This document shows positions 1 through 9,610 of a DNA stretch of 64,000 nt, piece after piece. The translations under genes were made by a program, and so were the position numbers. Source of the stretch: Nitrosomonadales bacterium. Its GTDB lineage: Bacteria > Pseudomonadota > Gammaproteobacteria > Burkholderiales > SG8-39. The notes below the pieces were generated by a model that saw nothing but the letters and a program-made list of their open reading frames with translations, made no database searches and had not been told where the DNA came from. Every line of letters begins with the position of its first letter. Positions within the stretch are counted from its first letter, which is position 1. The stretch covers positions 14,027-78,026 of the forward strand of contig JAKFDA010000085.1 in assembly GCA_036676355.1 (NCBI GenBank), in the 5' to 3' direction.

Positions 1-202
1 CCGACGGAATGCGGAACGGCTCGACAATGAACGAGCGCAGCACGAAAACGATCAGGATGACCGGGAAAAAGCTTTTCGGATATTCGATCCACCACGGCTC
101 TCTTGCACCGGCCGGACGCTGCCGGGCGAAATACAGCCGATCGGCAAGAACGACCGCCCCGGTAACGACCAGCAGCAAAAAGAGAATAAGCGCGAAGTTC
201 AT
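1..202 (-). CDS. lepB: Signal peptidase I, N-terminal part (gene runs off the window)
   Basis: Reverse-strand ATG at 202 gives MNFALILFLLLVVTGAVVLADRLYFARQRPAGAREPWWIEYPKSFFPVILIVFVLRSFIVEPFRIPS. This is the typical LepB TM1 plus the conserved SFxPVI..VF.LRSF..EPF.IPS segment. It lies downstream of lepA as in the classic lepAB operon. Not in the ORF track because it is partial. Confidence 0.8.
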   Translation of the reverse strand, partial: MNFALILFLLLVVTGAVVLADRLYFARQRPAGAREPWWIEYPKSFFPVILIVFVLRSFIVEPFRIPS

Positions 203-407
203 GCCGATACCGTTTTTCGGAACAGCCGACCAGGCGCATCGCAGCCTACGGCGCGGCCGCGGCGATTCGAGCGAGGGCGACGCATCAAAGCGTCCCGGCC
301 CGGTCGAATCTGACGCAGCCCATACGAAGCGACTTTAATCGGAGCTCCCTTTTGTTATTGGAGAAACGAAGACTAAACCTGCACGCAGCGCGCAGGGTGC
401 AATCGTT

Positions 408-2201
408 TCATTTTCCGTCCACTTGCAGAATGGCCAGGAATGCTTCCTGCGGAATTTCGACCGAACCCACCTGCTTCATCCGCTTTTTACCGGCCTTTTG
501 TTTCTCGAGCAGTTTCTTCTTGCGCGTGATATCGCCGCCGTAGCATTTCGCCAGCACGTTCTTGCGCATGGCCTTGACGGTTTCGCGCGCGATGATATGC
601 GCGCCGATCGCGGCCTGCACCGCGACATCGAACATCTGCCGCGGAATCAGCTCGCGCATCTTCGCCGCCAGTTCGCGACCGCGATACGGCGCGTTGGCAC
701 GGTGCACCATCAGAGACAGCGCATCGACCTTCTCGCCGTTAATGAGAATGTCGAGCTTGACCATGTCGGCTGCGCGATATTCCTTGAACTCGTAGTCGAG
801 CGAAGCATAGCCGCGGCTGGCCGATTTCAGCTTGTCGAAAAAATCGAGCACGACTTCGCTCAGAGGCATGTCGTAGGTGAGCATCACCTGCCGGCCGTGA
901 TACTGCATGTTGCGCTGGACGCCGCGCTTGCCGGTGCACAGCGTCATCACGGTGCCGACGTAATCCTGCGGTACGAATATCGTCGTCGTGATGATCGGTT
1001 CGCGAATCTCTTCGATTTTCGATGGATCAGGCATTTTGGCCGGGTTTTCGACCTGCAACACCGCGCCGTCGCGCATCAGCACTTCGTACACCACTGTCGG
1101 CGCAGTGGTGATGAGATCCATGTCGTATTCGCGCTCGAGCCGTTCCTGCACGATGTCCATGTGCAAGAGTCCGAGGAAGCCGCAGCGAAAGCCGAAGCCG
1201 AGCGCCTGCGAAACCTCCGGCTCGTACTGCAGAGAAGCATCGTTGAGTTTGAGCTTGTTCAATGCGTCGCGCAAAGCGTCGTACTGATTGGACTCGACCG
1301 GATAGAGTCCGGCAAACACCTGCGGCTTGATTTCCTTGAAACCGGGCAAGGCCGTGGCCGCCGGCCGATCAACCAGCGTAACCGTGTCACCCACGCGCGC
1401 CGCTTCGAGTTCCTTGATGCCGGAAATGATGAAACCGACCTCGCCGGCGGACAGGTGCGCGCGACTTTCCGACTTGGGCGTGAAAACGCCGACCTGTTCG
1501 CATAGATGAGTCGCACGCGTGGACATCATCAGCATGCGGTCTTTGGGCCGCAGCGTGCCTTCCATGACGCGCACGAGAATGACCACGCCGACATAGTTAT
1601 CGAACCACGAATCGATGATCAGCGCCTGCAGAGGCTTATCCGGATCGCCTTTGGGCGGCGGAATGCGCGCAATGACGGCTTCGAGGATGTCGTCGATGCC
1701 GAGGCCGGTCTTTGCGCTTGCCAGTATGGCGTCGTGCGCGTCGATGCCGATGACGTCTTCGATCTCCTGCATCGCGCTATCCGGATCGGCTGACGGCAAA
1801 TCGATCTTGTTCAGTACGGGCACTACTTCCACGCCCTGCTCGATCGCCGTGTAGCAGTTCGCCACAGTCTGTGCTTCGACACCCTGACTCGCGTCGACGA
1901 CCAGCAGCGCGCCTTCGCACGCCGCGAGCGAGCGCGAGACCTCGTAGGAGAAATCGACGTGCCCCGGCGTGTCGATGAGATTCAGGTTATAGATTTGCCC
2001 GTCGCGCGCCTTGTATTGCAACGCCGCTGTCTGCGCCTTGATGGTGATGCCCCGCTCGCGTTCGAGGTCCATCGAGTCGAGCACCTGCGACTCCATTTCG
2101 CGATCGGACAGGCCGCCGCAGCGATGAATGAAGCGGTCGGCGAGCGTCGATTTGCCGTGGTCGATATGGGCAATGATGGAGAAATTTCGGATGTGCTGCA
2201 T
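408..2201 (-). CDS. lepA: Elongation factor 4 (LepA)
   Basis: 597 aa. N-terminus [23 protein letters not shown] with GTPase G1-G4 motifs ([12 protein letters not shown]). Full-length LepA-like translation. Confidence 0.97.
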   Translation of the reverse strand: MQHIRNFSIIAHIDHGKSTLADRFIHRCGGLSDREMESQVLDSMDLERERGITIKAQTAALQYKARDGQIYNLNLIDTPGHVDFSYEVSRSLAACEGALLVVDASQGVEAQTVANCYTAIEQGVEVVPVLNKIDLPSADPDSAMQEIEDVIGIDAHDAILASAKTGLGIDDILEAVIARIPPPKGDPDKPLQALIIDSWFDNYVGVVILVRVMEGTLRPKDRMLMMSTRATHLCEQVGVFTPKSESRAHLSAGEVGFIISGIKELEAARVGDTVTLVDRPAATALPGFKEIKPQVFAGLYPVESNQYDALRDALNKLKLNDASLQYEPEVSQALGFGFRCGFLGLLHMDIVQERLEREYDMDLITTAPTVVYEVLMRDGAVLQVENPAKMPDPSKIEEIREPIITTTIFVPQDYVGTVMTLCTGKRGVQRNMQYHGRQVMLTYDMPLSEVVLDFFDKLKSASRGYASLDYEFKEYRAADMVKLDILINGEKVDALSLMVHRANAPYRGRELAAKMRELIPRQMFDVAVQAAIGAHIIARETVKAMRKNVLAKCYGGDITRKKKLLEKQKAGKKRMKQVGSVEIPQEAFLAILQVDGK

Positions 2202-2218
2202 GTCTGGGGCGATGCTAC

Positions 2219-2246
2219 AAAAAAGGGTGCCGTTCGGAGCACCCTT
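2219..2246 (-). terminator. Rho-independent terminator after the glutaredoxin-like gene
   Basis: On the minus strand: GGGTGC-loop-GCACCC followed by TTTTTT (plus strand aaaaaagggtgccgttcggagcaccc). Confidence 0.5.
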
Positions 2247-2273
2247 GCTGCGCGTTGCGAGCCTGCGATTCTA

Positions 2274-2558
2274 TCAGGATGTGACGCTTCCCGGCGTGAT
2301 GCCGGAGAGTGAGGATAAGTAGCGCCGCACCGCCGAACGGTCGAGAAAGTAATGGCACAACTCGGTGTCGCCGTGCGTCAGGACGGGTATGCGCTCGCCG
2401 AACCGCGCTTCATGCGAGGGGCTGGAATCCACATCAATGACTTCCAGCGCGAAATTGAACTCTTCGCGCAGGGCGAGCAGCGCGGTTTCCATGTCTTCGC
2501 ACAGATGGCAATACCCGCGCCCGTACAGGGTTAACAGCGGTGCATGCTCGATAGCCAT
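2274..2558 (-). CDS. Glutaredoxin-like small protein (thioredoxin fold, DUF836-like)
   Basis: 94 aa with LTLYGRGYCHLCEDM (CxxC after a beta-strand) and IPVL..GD.EL, as in glutaredoxin-family proteins. Confidence 0.7.
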   Translation of the reverse strand: MAIEHAPLLTLYGRGYCHLCEDMETALLALREEFNFALEVIDVDSSPSHEARFGERIPVLTHGDTELCHYFLDRSAVRRYLSSLSGITPGSVTS

Positions 2559-2630
2559 GGGATTCGCCTCTTCAACGTCTCAAAAATAACGCAACCGTCG
2601 CGCCGAATCCGTGGCGCAGCACAGCGCCCT

Positions 2631-3605
2631 TCAGCGGGAAGGATGGTGCTCGACGGCATCGGCAATCCGGCGCACGCTACCGGCCGGCACTTCGCCGATG
2701 ACCGTCACCAGATGGTTGGCGATATTGCGCGTGTAGATGTTGAGCGCGCCCTGACGCGAGTGACCGATGACCGGCGAGCCGGATTTGGCGCCAAGTGGTT
2801 CGATAAACACCGATACGGCCGCCAGTCCGTCGGAAATGACGACATGGCCGACGTCGTAGGATTCACCCACGCGGCGCTTGAGCTCGGTGACCTTCTTGTA
2901 TCCGGGCGGCAGTTCGCTGAGCGTCCAGCCCAGCTTGCTCAGGTCGGTTTCGGTCATCGCCGAGCTCTCCACGCGCCATGTCTTGCCCTTGTCGGCATAC
3001 TGCGATTTGACTTGCTGTGGTTCGATCTTGCCGCCTATCTGTAACTGTGTGAAGGCGAACTGCTCGACCTGCCGATTTTTTTCGTCGAAAGTCTTCGCCT
3101 TCAACAGCAGCCCTGATTCCACTTCCGCCCAGAGACGATGCCCGTAACGCAGGTCGTCGCGCGGCTCGAGCGTGATAGATTGGGCTTCATGCCCCGCGAT
3201 GCGGCCGATACCGCTCTTGCGGACATCGTAATACCTGGTGATATCCTCGATGTGCTCGGCCCGCACGTGCGGGAACGGGCGAGTTTCGCGCCGGTTGTCG
3301 ATCTTGACGGTCATGCTGCGCGGCAGATAACACGTGACTTCGTCGTTATCGCGCACGATTTCGCGCGGAATGCCGTCCAGTGTTTCCAGCCGTTCGTGCA
3401 CTCCGCTCTGATCGACCAGCCTGGTAATGCGCGAGGTTTCGATCTGATCGCCGTGCTGATAAAGGAAGACGCCACTGTAGCTGAGACGCTTGCTGGCGCT
3501 ATACATTCGTTCCAGCCATTGCAATGCGTCGTATTCCTGCGCCTGAACGGTCGCGCCGTAAAACAACGATCCGGCTGCGAGGGCCGCAAACAACAACCGG
3601 CTCAT
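2631..3605 (-). CDS. rseB: Sigma-E regulatory protein RseB/MucB
   Basis: 324 aa with signal peptide. LQWLERMYSASKRLSYSGVFLYQHGDQIETSRI is the typical MucB/RseB N-domain. Position is immediately after the anti-sigma gene. Confidence 0.85.
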   Translation of the reverse strand: MSRLLFAALAAGSLFYGATVQAQEYDALQWLERMYSASKRLSYSGVFLYQHGDQIETSRITRLVDQSGVHERLETLDGIPREIVRDNDEVTCYLPRSMTVKIDNRRETRPFPHVRAEHIEDITRYYDVRKSGIGRIAGHEAQSITLEPRDDLRYGHRLWAEVESGLLLKAKTFDEKNRQVEQFAFTQLQIGGKIEPQQVKSQYADKGKTWRVESSAMTETDLSKLGWTLSELPPGYKKVTELKRRVGESYDVGHVVISDGLAAVSVFIEPLGAKSGSPVIGHSRQGALNIYTRNIANHLVTVIGEVPAGSVRRIADAVEHHPSR

Positions 3606-3608
3606 GGG

Positions 3609-4163
3609 TCAGCGCTTTTCGTAGTCCTGGGAAACCGAGCGCGCATAAGGCGCGACGCCGACCATCGCGGAAGTCGACGAGAATCGTTGATGCGCAATGA
3701 AATAGTCGCTCATGTCGCCGGCGATCGGGATGACATTGGTCACACCGCTCGAAGCCGGCTGTGTCGCCGGCGCGGAGCTCAGCATTTGTACCGGCTGCGC
3801 GACACGCATCGCGGATGGGGCGGCCGCCACTTGTGGCTGCGGCGCCGGGTCGAGCATCGGGACTGCCATCCAGCCGACGTAGGCGACCGCTGCGACGCTT
3901 GCCGCGGCAGAGAGCGCAAACCAGGCCGGATGGCGTTGCACGGCGCTGCGTCGCGGCGCGAGCACGGTGGGCTCCTCGGCCAGACGTTGCGTGAATGTGG
4001 AAGGCAGCGATCCTGCGATGTGCCCTCGCAGCGAATCGCCAATGAGGTGGTAGAGATCCCATGCTTCGCGCACTTCCGGATCGCCCTTGAGACGCTTGAT
4101 GCAGCCCTCGTATTCTGGCCCGTCAAGTTCACCGTCCATTAGCGCCGATACTTGTTCTTTCAT
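3609..4163 (-). CDS. rseA: Anti-sigma-E factor (RseA/MucA family)
   Basis: 184 aa. N-terminal MKEQVSALMDGELD...W..YHLIGD.LRG motif, a central TM segment, and location directly downstream of rpoE. Confidence 0.8.
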   Translation of the reverse strand: MKEQVSALMDGELDGPEYEGCIKRLKGDPEVREAWDLYHLIGDSLRGHIAGSLPSTFTQRLAEEPTVLAPRRSAVQRHPAWFALSAAASVAAVAYVGWMAVPMLDPAPQPQVAAAPSAMRVAQPVQMLSSAPATQPASSGVTNVIPIAGDMSDYFIAHQRFSSTSAMVGVAPYARSVSQDYEKR

Positions 4164-4167
4164 CGGT

Positions 4168-4767
4168 TCACCACCTTCTGTCTTTGCGTGTATCCAACAA
4201 CGGTCGCAGTTTCGCCGCGATCGCCTCGCGCGCCCTGAAAATGCGCGAGCGTACCGTTCCGATCGGACAGTTCATGATCGACGCGATCTCCTCATAGCTG
4301 AGGCCCTCGATCTCGCGCAGGCTGATGGCCGTGCGCAAATCCTCGGGCAACTCCTCCATGGCTTGATTGACTGTCGCGCCAATCTCCTTGGTCATCAACA
4401 TGCTCTCGGGCGTGTTGATATCCCGTAACTGCTCACCGTCCTCGAAGCTTTCGGCTTCTTCGGAATCGAATTCCGTAGTCGTTGGCGCACGTCGACCCAT
4501 CGCCACCAGATAGTTCTTGGCGGTGTTGATGCCGATTCGGTACAGCCAGGTGTAAAACGCGCTGTCGCCTCGAAACGATGGCAACGCGCGGTACGCCTTG
4601 ACGAACGCCTCCTGGGCCACGTCTTCCACTTCCGCGGAATCCCGGATGAAACGGGACAGCAGTCGGCCGAGCTTGCGCTGATACTTTGTTACGAGCAGAT
4701 CAAACGCTTGTTTGTCGCCCGCTTGCGCACGCTCGACCAATCGCTGGTCTATTTCCCGGTCATTCAT
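4168..4767 (-). CDS. rpoE: ECF sigma factor sigma-E (sigma-24)
   Basis: 199 aa. QRLVERAQAGDKQAFDLLVTKYQRKL (region 2) and LSYEEIASIMNCPIGTVRSRIFRAREAI (region 4) are RpoE/AlgU-like. Confidence 0.95.
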   Translation of the reverse strand: MNDREIDQRLVERAQAGDKQAFDLLVTKYQRKLGRLLSRFIRDSAEVEDVAQEAFVKAYRALPSFRGDSAFYTWLYRIGINTAKNYLVAMGRRAPTTTEFDSEEAESFEDGEQLRDINTPESMLMTKEIGATVNQAMEELPEDLRTAISLREIEGLSYEEIASIMNCPIGTVRSRIFRAREAIAAKLRPLLDTRKDRRW

Positions 4768-4876
4768 TCGCCGCCGCTTCCCCGTGCCTCACGCTTGCAT
4801 TGTTGTAAGGCGTTGCTGGTCAGGCGGCAGGAGTATACCGGACTACCCTCGGCGATTTGGCCACGACCTTGCAGCA

Positions 4877-4904
4877 AGAGACAGGTCCCTCAGGTGTAAG
4901 TTCA
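4877..4904 (-). promoter_or_regulatory. Candidate sigma-E-type (autoregulated) promoter for rpoE
   Basis: Minus strand reads tGAACTT-N16-TCTCT, about 105 nt upstream of the rpoE ATG. It resembles the GAACTT-N16/17-TCnnA RpoE/AlgU consensus. The -35 element overlaps the stop codon of the upstream ORF. Confidence 0.35.
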
Positions 4905-5339
4905 GTTCTGTGAGTCGGACTTGGCGACGCGATGCCAACGAAGCCACACTCGCAGGCGGCGGAAGGCATCGGCGCCGACACGATCCGGCGTAATGATCAG
5001 TGCTTCGCGATGGCCCCCTGCGTCGCGCGTCTGCACGATCGCCAGCCACGACGACGGCACCGCGCATCCGATCAACGCTGCGCGCCGTCCAACTGCCGCT
5101 CCTGCAAGCTCCAGACTACCGTCGTTGCGACAGATGAGTTCGCTGGCGTCCGCTGCGCGGCCACCGCGCAAACGTCGCCATTGCGCATGGCAGGACAACG
5201 CGATTCCGCACAGCACGAGCGCGAGCGGCACGCCCTGCAGCGTAGTCATGGCGCAGCCGAAGGCCAGCACGTGCATAAACGATACGGCCGCGCAGAGCGC
5301 GGCCGGTCGTTTTAGGGTGAGGTTCAGGTTGCCGGTCAA
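4902..5339 (-). CDS. YgfX/CptA-family inner-membrane protein (DUF1434-like), tentative
   Basis: 145 aa, apparent TTG start overlapping the fabF stop. Two N-terminal hydrophobic helices, then a segment ([12 protein letters not shown]...[38 protein letters not shown]) that aligns by eye with E. coli YgfX (EIRLLMDGRLRW...MMLRLRSDGGKRQHLWLAADSMDEAEWRDLRRIL). Confidence 0.5.
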   Translation of the reverse strand: MTGNLNLTLKRPAALCAAVSFMHVLAFGCAMTTLQGVPLALVLCGIALSCHAQWRRLRGGRAADASELICRNDGSLELAGAAVGRRAALIGCAVPSSWLAIVQTRDAGGHREALIITPDRVGADAFRRLRVWLRWHRVAKSDSQN

Positions 5340-6574
5340 AGCCGCTTGAAAATCAGCGTGCCGTTGGTGCCCCCGAATCCGAAGGAATTCGACAGCGCTG
5401 CGCGGATCGGCATTTCACGTGCGCTAAGCGGCGCGTAATCGAGATCGCAGGCCGGATCGATATCGACCAGATTGGCCGTGGGCGGTGCGACTTGATGATG
5501 CACCGCCAGCGCCGAGAAGACCGCTTCGATGCCGCCCGCGGCGCCGAGCAGATGGCCGGTCATGGACTTGGTCGAACTTACCACCAGTTTCTTGGCGTGA
5601 TCGCCGAAGCAGCGCTTGACCGCCATGGTCTCGGCCACATCGCCCAGCGGCGTGGATGTGCCGTGCGCGTTGATGTAGTCGATATCCTCGGGGTTCAGGT
5701 GGGCATTGCGCAGCGCATTGGCCATGCAGCGGTTCGCTCCGTCGCCGTCTTCGCACGGAGCGGTCATGTGATACGCATCGGCGCTCATACCGTATCCGGC
5801 CAATTCGGCGTAAATCTTCGCGCCGCGACGCTTGGCGTGTTCGTATTCTTCCAGCACCAGGACGCCGGCGCCCTCGCCCAGTACAAAACCGTCACGTCCC
5901 TTGTCCCAGGGGCGGCTGGCCGTCTCCGGGTCATCGTTGCGTGTCGACAACGCGCGCATTGCGGCGAAGCCGCCGACTCCCAACGGGCTGATCGTGGCTT
6001 CGGCGCCGCCGGCCACAACCATATCCACATCGCCGTATTCAATCAGCCGTCCGGCGTCACCGATACAGTGGTTGGAAGTGGTGCAGGCGGACACGAGCGC
6101 GTAGTTCGGTCCTTTGAAACCGAACATGATCGACAGGTTCCCCGCGATCATGTTGATAATGCTGCCGGGCACGAAAAAGGGCGAAATCTTGCGAGCGCCT
6201 CCCGCGGTCAGTGCGGCATGCGTGTCTTCGATCAGCGGCAAGCCGCCGATCCCCGAACCGATGACGCAACCGATCCGCTCGGCGTTTTCCGGTGTGACTT
6301 CGATGCCGGCATCCTTTACCGCCTGGATTGCGGCAGCCATGCCGTAATGGATAAAGGCATCCATTCGGCGCGCTTCTTTAGGCTGCACGTAATCCGCAAT
6401 ATCGAACCCCTTGACCTCACCCGCGATCTGACACGCGAAAGTGCTCGCGTCAAATTTGGTGATTCGGGTGATGCCGGATTTGGCGGCAGTGATATTTGAC
6501 CAAGCCTCGGCGATCGAGTTGCCGACGGGGCAAACGATACCGAGACCGGTGATAACTACTCGACGACGGGACAA
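5336..6574 (-). CDS. fabF: 3-oxoacyl-ACP synthase II
   Basis: 412 aa. Active-site context [24 protein letters not shown]-terminal SFGFGGTN. Confidence 0.95.
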   Translation of the reverse strand: MSRRRVVITGLGIVCPVGNSIAEAWSNITAAKSGITRITKFDASTFACQIAGEVKGFDIADYVQPKEARRMDAFIHYGMAAAIQAVKDAGIEVTPENAERIGCVIGSGIGGLPLIEDTHAALTAGGARKISPFFVPGSIINMIAGNLSIMFGFKGPNYALVSACTTSNHCIGDAGRLIEYGDVDMVVAGGAEATISPLGVGGFAAMRALSTRNDDPETASRPWDKGRDGFVLGEGAGVLVLEEYEHAKRRGAKIYAELAGYGMSADAYHMTAPCEDGDGANRCMANALRNAHLNPEDIDYINAHGTSTPLGDVAETMAVKRCFGDHAKKLVVSSTKSMTGHLLGAAGGIEAVFSALAVHHQVAPPTANLVDIDPACDLDYAPLSAREMPIRAALSNSFGFGGTNGTLIFKRL

Positions 6575-6592
6575 AAGCGACCTCGTCTACCG

Positions 6593-6835
6593 TTAGGCTT
6601 TCTTGCCGTGCGCGTTGATGAAATCAACGGCTTGCTGCACGGTCGTGATCTTCTCGGCTTCCTCGTCGGGAATTTCCGTTTCGAACTCTTCTTCCAATGC
6701 CATCACGAGTTCAACGGTATCCAGCGAATCGGCACCCAGATCGTCAACGAACGACGACTCGTTCTTGATCTCGGCCTCGTTCACGCCCAGCTGTTCGGCC
6801 ACGATCTTCTTGACGCGCTGTTCGATGTTTTCCAT
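6593..6835 (-). CDS. acpP: Acyl carrier protein
   Basis: 80 aa with the [19 protein letters not shown] phosphopantetheine-attachment motif. Confidence 0.97.
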   Translation of the reverse strand: MENIEQRVKKIVAEQLGVNEAEIKNESSFVDDLGADSLDTVELVMALEEEFETEIPDEEAEKITTVQQAVDFINAHGKKA

Positions 6836-6925
6836 GGGGAATCCCTCTGTGTTGTGTTCTGGTAAATCAGAGCGGGGCGCATTGTAGCAGAACTACTTCG
6901 CGATTCCGCTCGGCTGGAACTGCAA

Positions 6926-7672
6926 TTAGCTCATGTACATGCCGCCATTGACGTGCAATGTTGTGCCCGTCACATATGCCGCGCCGGGTGAAGCGAGATA
7001 CACAACGGCGGCGGCGATATCTTCCGGGCGTCCAAGACGCCCAAGTGGAATCTGGGTCAGCAGCACATCGCGTTGGGCATCGGGCAGCGCTTTAGTCATA
7101 TCGGTATCGATGAATCCCGGTGCGACGCAATTGACGGTGATGCCGCGGCTGCCGATTTCGCGAGCGAGCGAGCGTGTCATCCCGGCCACGCCGGCCTTGG
7201 CGGCAGAGTAGTTGACCTGCCCGGGATTACCGCTGGCGCCCACCACCGAAGTGATATTGATGATGCGTCCGGCGCGCGCCTTCATCATGCCGCGCAGCAC
7301 GCCGCGGGAAAGGCGAAAGACCGACTTCAGATTGGTATCGATGACGGCGTCCCATTCCTCGTCCTTCATGCGCATGGCGAGGTTGTCCTGCGTGATACCG
7401 GCGTTGTTGACGAGGATGGATACCGCGCCGTGTTCGCTTTCGATCGCGGCGAGCAGTTGCGCAACCGCATCGGCGTCGTTCACGTTCAGCATGGCGCCGC
7501 GGCCTTTGATGTTCGCGGTTTTGAAGTATCCGCCGATTGCAGCGGCGCCGGCTTCGCTGGTCGCCGTACCGACGACAGTCGCCCCGGCTTCGCCCAATGC
7601 GGTGGCAACCGCCTTGCCGATGCCGCGCGAGGCGCCGGTCACGAGCGCGATCTGACCTTCAAGCATGCTCAT
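6926..7672 (-). CDS. fabG: 3-oxoacyl-ACP reductase
   Basis: 248 aa SDR. TGASRGIG, NNAG, YSAAKAG. Located within the fab cluster. ATGA overlap with the fabD stop. Confidence 0.95.
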   Translation of the reverse strand: MSMLEGQIALVTGASRGIGKAVATALGEAGATVVGTATSEAGAAAIGGYFKTANIKGRGAMLNVNDADAVAQLLAAIESEHGAVSILVNNAGITQDNLAMRMKDEEWDAVIDTNLKSVFRLSRGVLRGMMKARAGRIINITSVVGASGNPGQVNYSAAKAGVAGMTRSLAREIGSRGITVNCVAPGFIDTDMTKALPDAQRDVLLTQIPLGRLGRPEDIAAAVVYLASPGAAYVTGTTLHVNGGMYMS

Positions 7673-8604
7673 GCCTCCTTCGTCGCGCCGATGGCCTGCT
7701 CGATGCTCGCGCGATCGATCAGCGCATAACCCTGCATGCCCTCAACAATGCGTTTGGTCAGCGGCGCCAGCACTTTGCCGGGGCCGCATTCCGCGATCTG
7801 CGTGATGCCTTGCGCCGCAATCGCGCGGATGGTTTCCACCCAGCGCACCGCATGATCGGCCTGCTGCACGAGTGCGTTGCGAATCGCGCCGGCGCTGTCA
7901 TGCTGTTGCACGTCGAAATTGTGAATCACCGGAATGCGCGGCGCCTTGATGGCAACGCTCTCCAGATAATCCCGCAGCCGTGCGGCGGCCGGCGCCAGCA
8001 GCGAGGAATGGAACGGCGCGCTCACCGGCAGCGCGACCGCACGCTTGGCGCCCTTCTCGCGCGCCGCTTCCATGGCGCGATGGACCGCGCCGGCATGGCC
8101 GGCGATCACCACCTGCGATGGTGCGTTGAAGTTCACCGCCTCGACGATTTCGCCTTGTGCTGCGGCCGCGCAGGCCTCCTGTACCGCCGCGTCGTCGAGA
8201 CCCAGAATCGCGGCCATCGCGCCGGCGCCCTGCGGTACCGCTTCCTGCATCACCTGGGCGCGAAAGCGCACCAGCGGCAGCGCATCTTCGAACGCCAATG
8301 CGCCGGCGGCGACCAGCGCCGTGTATTCGCCCAGACTGTGGCCCGCGACCACGGCGGGCTCGCTTCCGCCGAGCGATTGCCACACCCGGTAGGCCGCATA
8401 ACCCGCAGTCACCATGACCGGCTGCGTATTGACCGTGCGACTCAGTTCTTCGGTCGGCCCTTCGGCGATCAGCTTGCCGATATCCTGCTGCAACACTTCG
8501 GACGCAATACCCAGCACTTCTTTGACTTCCGGCACATCGCCGTAAGCCGCGAGCATGCCCACCGACTGCGAGCCCTGCCCGGGAAAAACCATTGCGAACT
8601 TCAT
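7669..8604 (-). CDS. fabD: Malonyl-CoA:ACP transacylase
   Basis: Track ORF 7669..8790 trimmed to the ATG at 8604 (MKFAMVFPGQGSQSVGML). GHSLGEY nucleophile motif. 311 aa is the normal FabD size. Confidence 0.93.
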   Translation of the reverse strand: MKFAMVFPGQGSQSVGMLAAYGDVPEVKEVLGIASEVLQQDIGKLIAEGPTEELSRTVNTQPVMVTAGYAAYRVWQSLGGSEPAVVAGHSLGEYTALVAAGALAFEDALPLVRFRAQVMQEAVPQGAGAMAAILGLDDAAVQEACAAAAQGEIVEAVNFNAPSQVVIAGHAGAVHRAMEAAREKGAKRAVALPVSAPFHSSLLAPAAARLRDYLESVAIKAPRIPVIHNFDVQQHDSAGAIRNALVQQADHAVRWVETIRAIAAQGITQIAECGPGKVLAPLTKRIVEGMQGYALIDRASIEQAIGATKEA

Positions 8605-8650
8605 TTCCGCTCCTTGTACATCGGCGACGTCTTGCTGCGTCCGGCCGTTC

Positions 8651-9610
8651 TTACATCTGCACGAGCACGGCGCCCCAGGTAAAACCGCCGCCCACGCCTT
8701 CGAGGAGTACCCGCTGGCCCGGTTTGATGCGCCCGTCGCGCACGGCGACGTCGAGCGCAAGCGGAATCGATGCCCCCGAGGTATTGGCATGGCGATCCAC
8801 GGTCACGATGACGCGCTCCGCCGGGATATCGAGTTTTTTTGCCGTCGATTCCAGAATTCGAAGATTGGCCTGATGCGGAATCAGCCAGTCGATGTCGGAC
8901 AGGCTCAGGTTCGCCTTGTCGACCGTTTCGCGCGCGACCTCGTCAAGCACCTTGACGGCAAACTTGAACACCGCACGCCCGTCCATGGTTACAAAGGGAT
9001 TGCCGACGATCTTGCCGCCGCAGACATTGCTCGGCACGGCCAGAATGTCGGCGTAGCTGCCGTCGGCATGCAGGGCGCTGGCAAGAATGCCCGGCGTGTC
9101 ATCGGCACGCAATACGACGGCACCCGCGCCATCGCCGAACAGCACGCAGGTGGAGCGGTCGTTCCAGTCCAGAATGCGCGACAGCGTCTCCGACCCGATC
9201 ACAAGCGCGGTGCGAACCTGGCCCGCGCGGATGAAATTGTCGGCGATGGTCATCGCATATACAAAGCCGCTGCAGACCGCCTGCACATCGAATGCGATCG
9301 CGCCCTTGTTGCCGAGTTTGTTCTGCACCAGGCACGCCGTGCTCGGGAAAACCTGATCAGGCGTGGTCGTCGCCACGATGATGAGATCAATGTCTGCGGG
9401 TTGAATCCCCGCGGGTTCGAGCGCCTGTTTGCTCGCTTGCAATGCGAGATCGCTGGTCGTCTCTCCGTCCGCCGCCAGATAGCGCTGACGGATGCCGGTG
9501 CGGGTCGTGATCCATTCGTCGGAGGTGTCGACGGTCTGGGCAAGAACGTGGTTGGTAACAAGGCGAGCGGGTAGATAGCTGCCGGTACCGATTATGCGGG
9601 AGTAGGTCAC
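8651..9610 (-). CDS. fabH: 3-oxoacyl-ACP synthase III
   Basis: 319 aa. AVCSGFVYA active-site Cys, HQAN and GNTSGASIP motifs. Confidence 0.95.
   Translation of the reverse strand: MTYSRIIGTGSYLPARLVTNHVLAQTVDTSDEWITTRTGIRQRYLAADGETTSDLALQASKQALEPAGIQPADIDLIIVATTTPDQVFPSTACLVQNKLGNKGAIAFDVQAVCSGFVYAMTIADNFIRAGQVRTALVIGSETLSRILDWNDRSTCVLFGDGAGAVVLRADDTPGILASALHADGSYADILAVPSNVCGGKIVGNPFVTMDGRAVFKFAVKVLDEVARETVDKANLSLSDIDWLIPHQANLRILESTAKKLDIPAERVIVTVDRHANTSGASIPLALDVAVRDGRIKPGQRVLLEGVGGGFTWGAVLVQM

Noticed and set aside
423-1505. 360-aa plus-strand ORF opposite lepA. The same applies to other long antisense ORFs: 16362..17243 and 17586..18908 opposite rne, 25748..26791 opposite the CaCA gene, 35731..37140 and 39953..40987 opposite the decarboxylases, 41558..43372 opposite potE, 45589..46455 opposite DUF2950, 53076..54218 opposite PPK2, and 56223..57671 opposite uvrB.
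   Set aside because: Each lies antisense to a gene with unambiguous family motifs. Each has the Arg/Ala/Gly/His/Asp-rich, motif-free composition expected from stop-poor antisense frames in GC-rich DNA. None has an RBS or a recognisable domain.
7669-8790. N-terminal extensions in the ORF track: fabD to 8790, the small secreted protein to 20900, the OMP to 21877, VIT1-like to 26326, DUF1538 to 30419, OMF to 33275, the regulator to 47963, PPK2 to 53214, LMW-PTP to 54985 and cysJ to 62654.
   Set aside because: The extensions overlap the upstream gene or are Arg/Pro-rich junk. Internal starts give canonical N-termini (signal peptides, lipoboxes, GQGSQ and so on), normal family lengths, and often an RBS or ATGA coupling.
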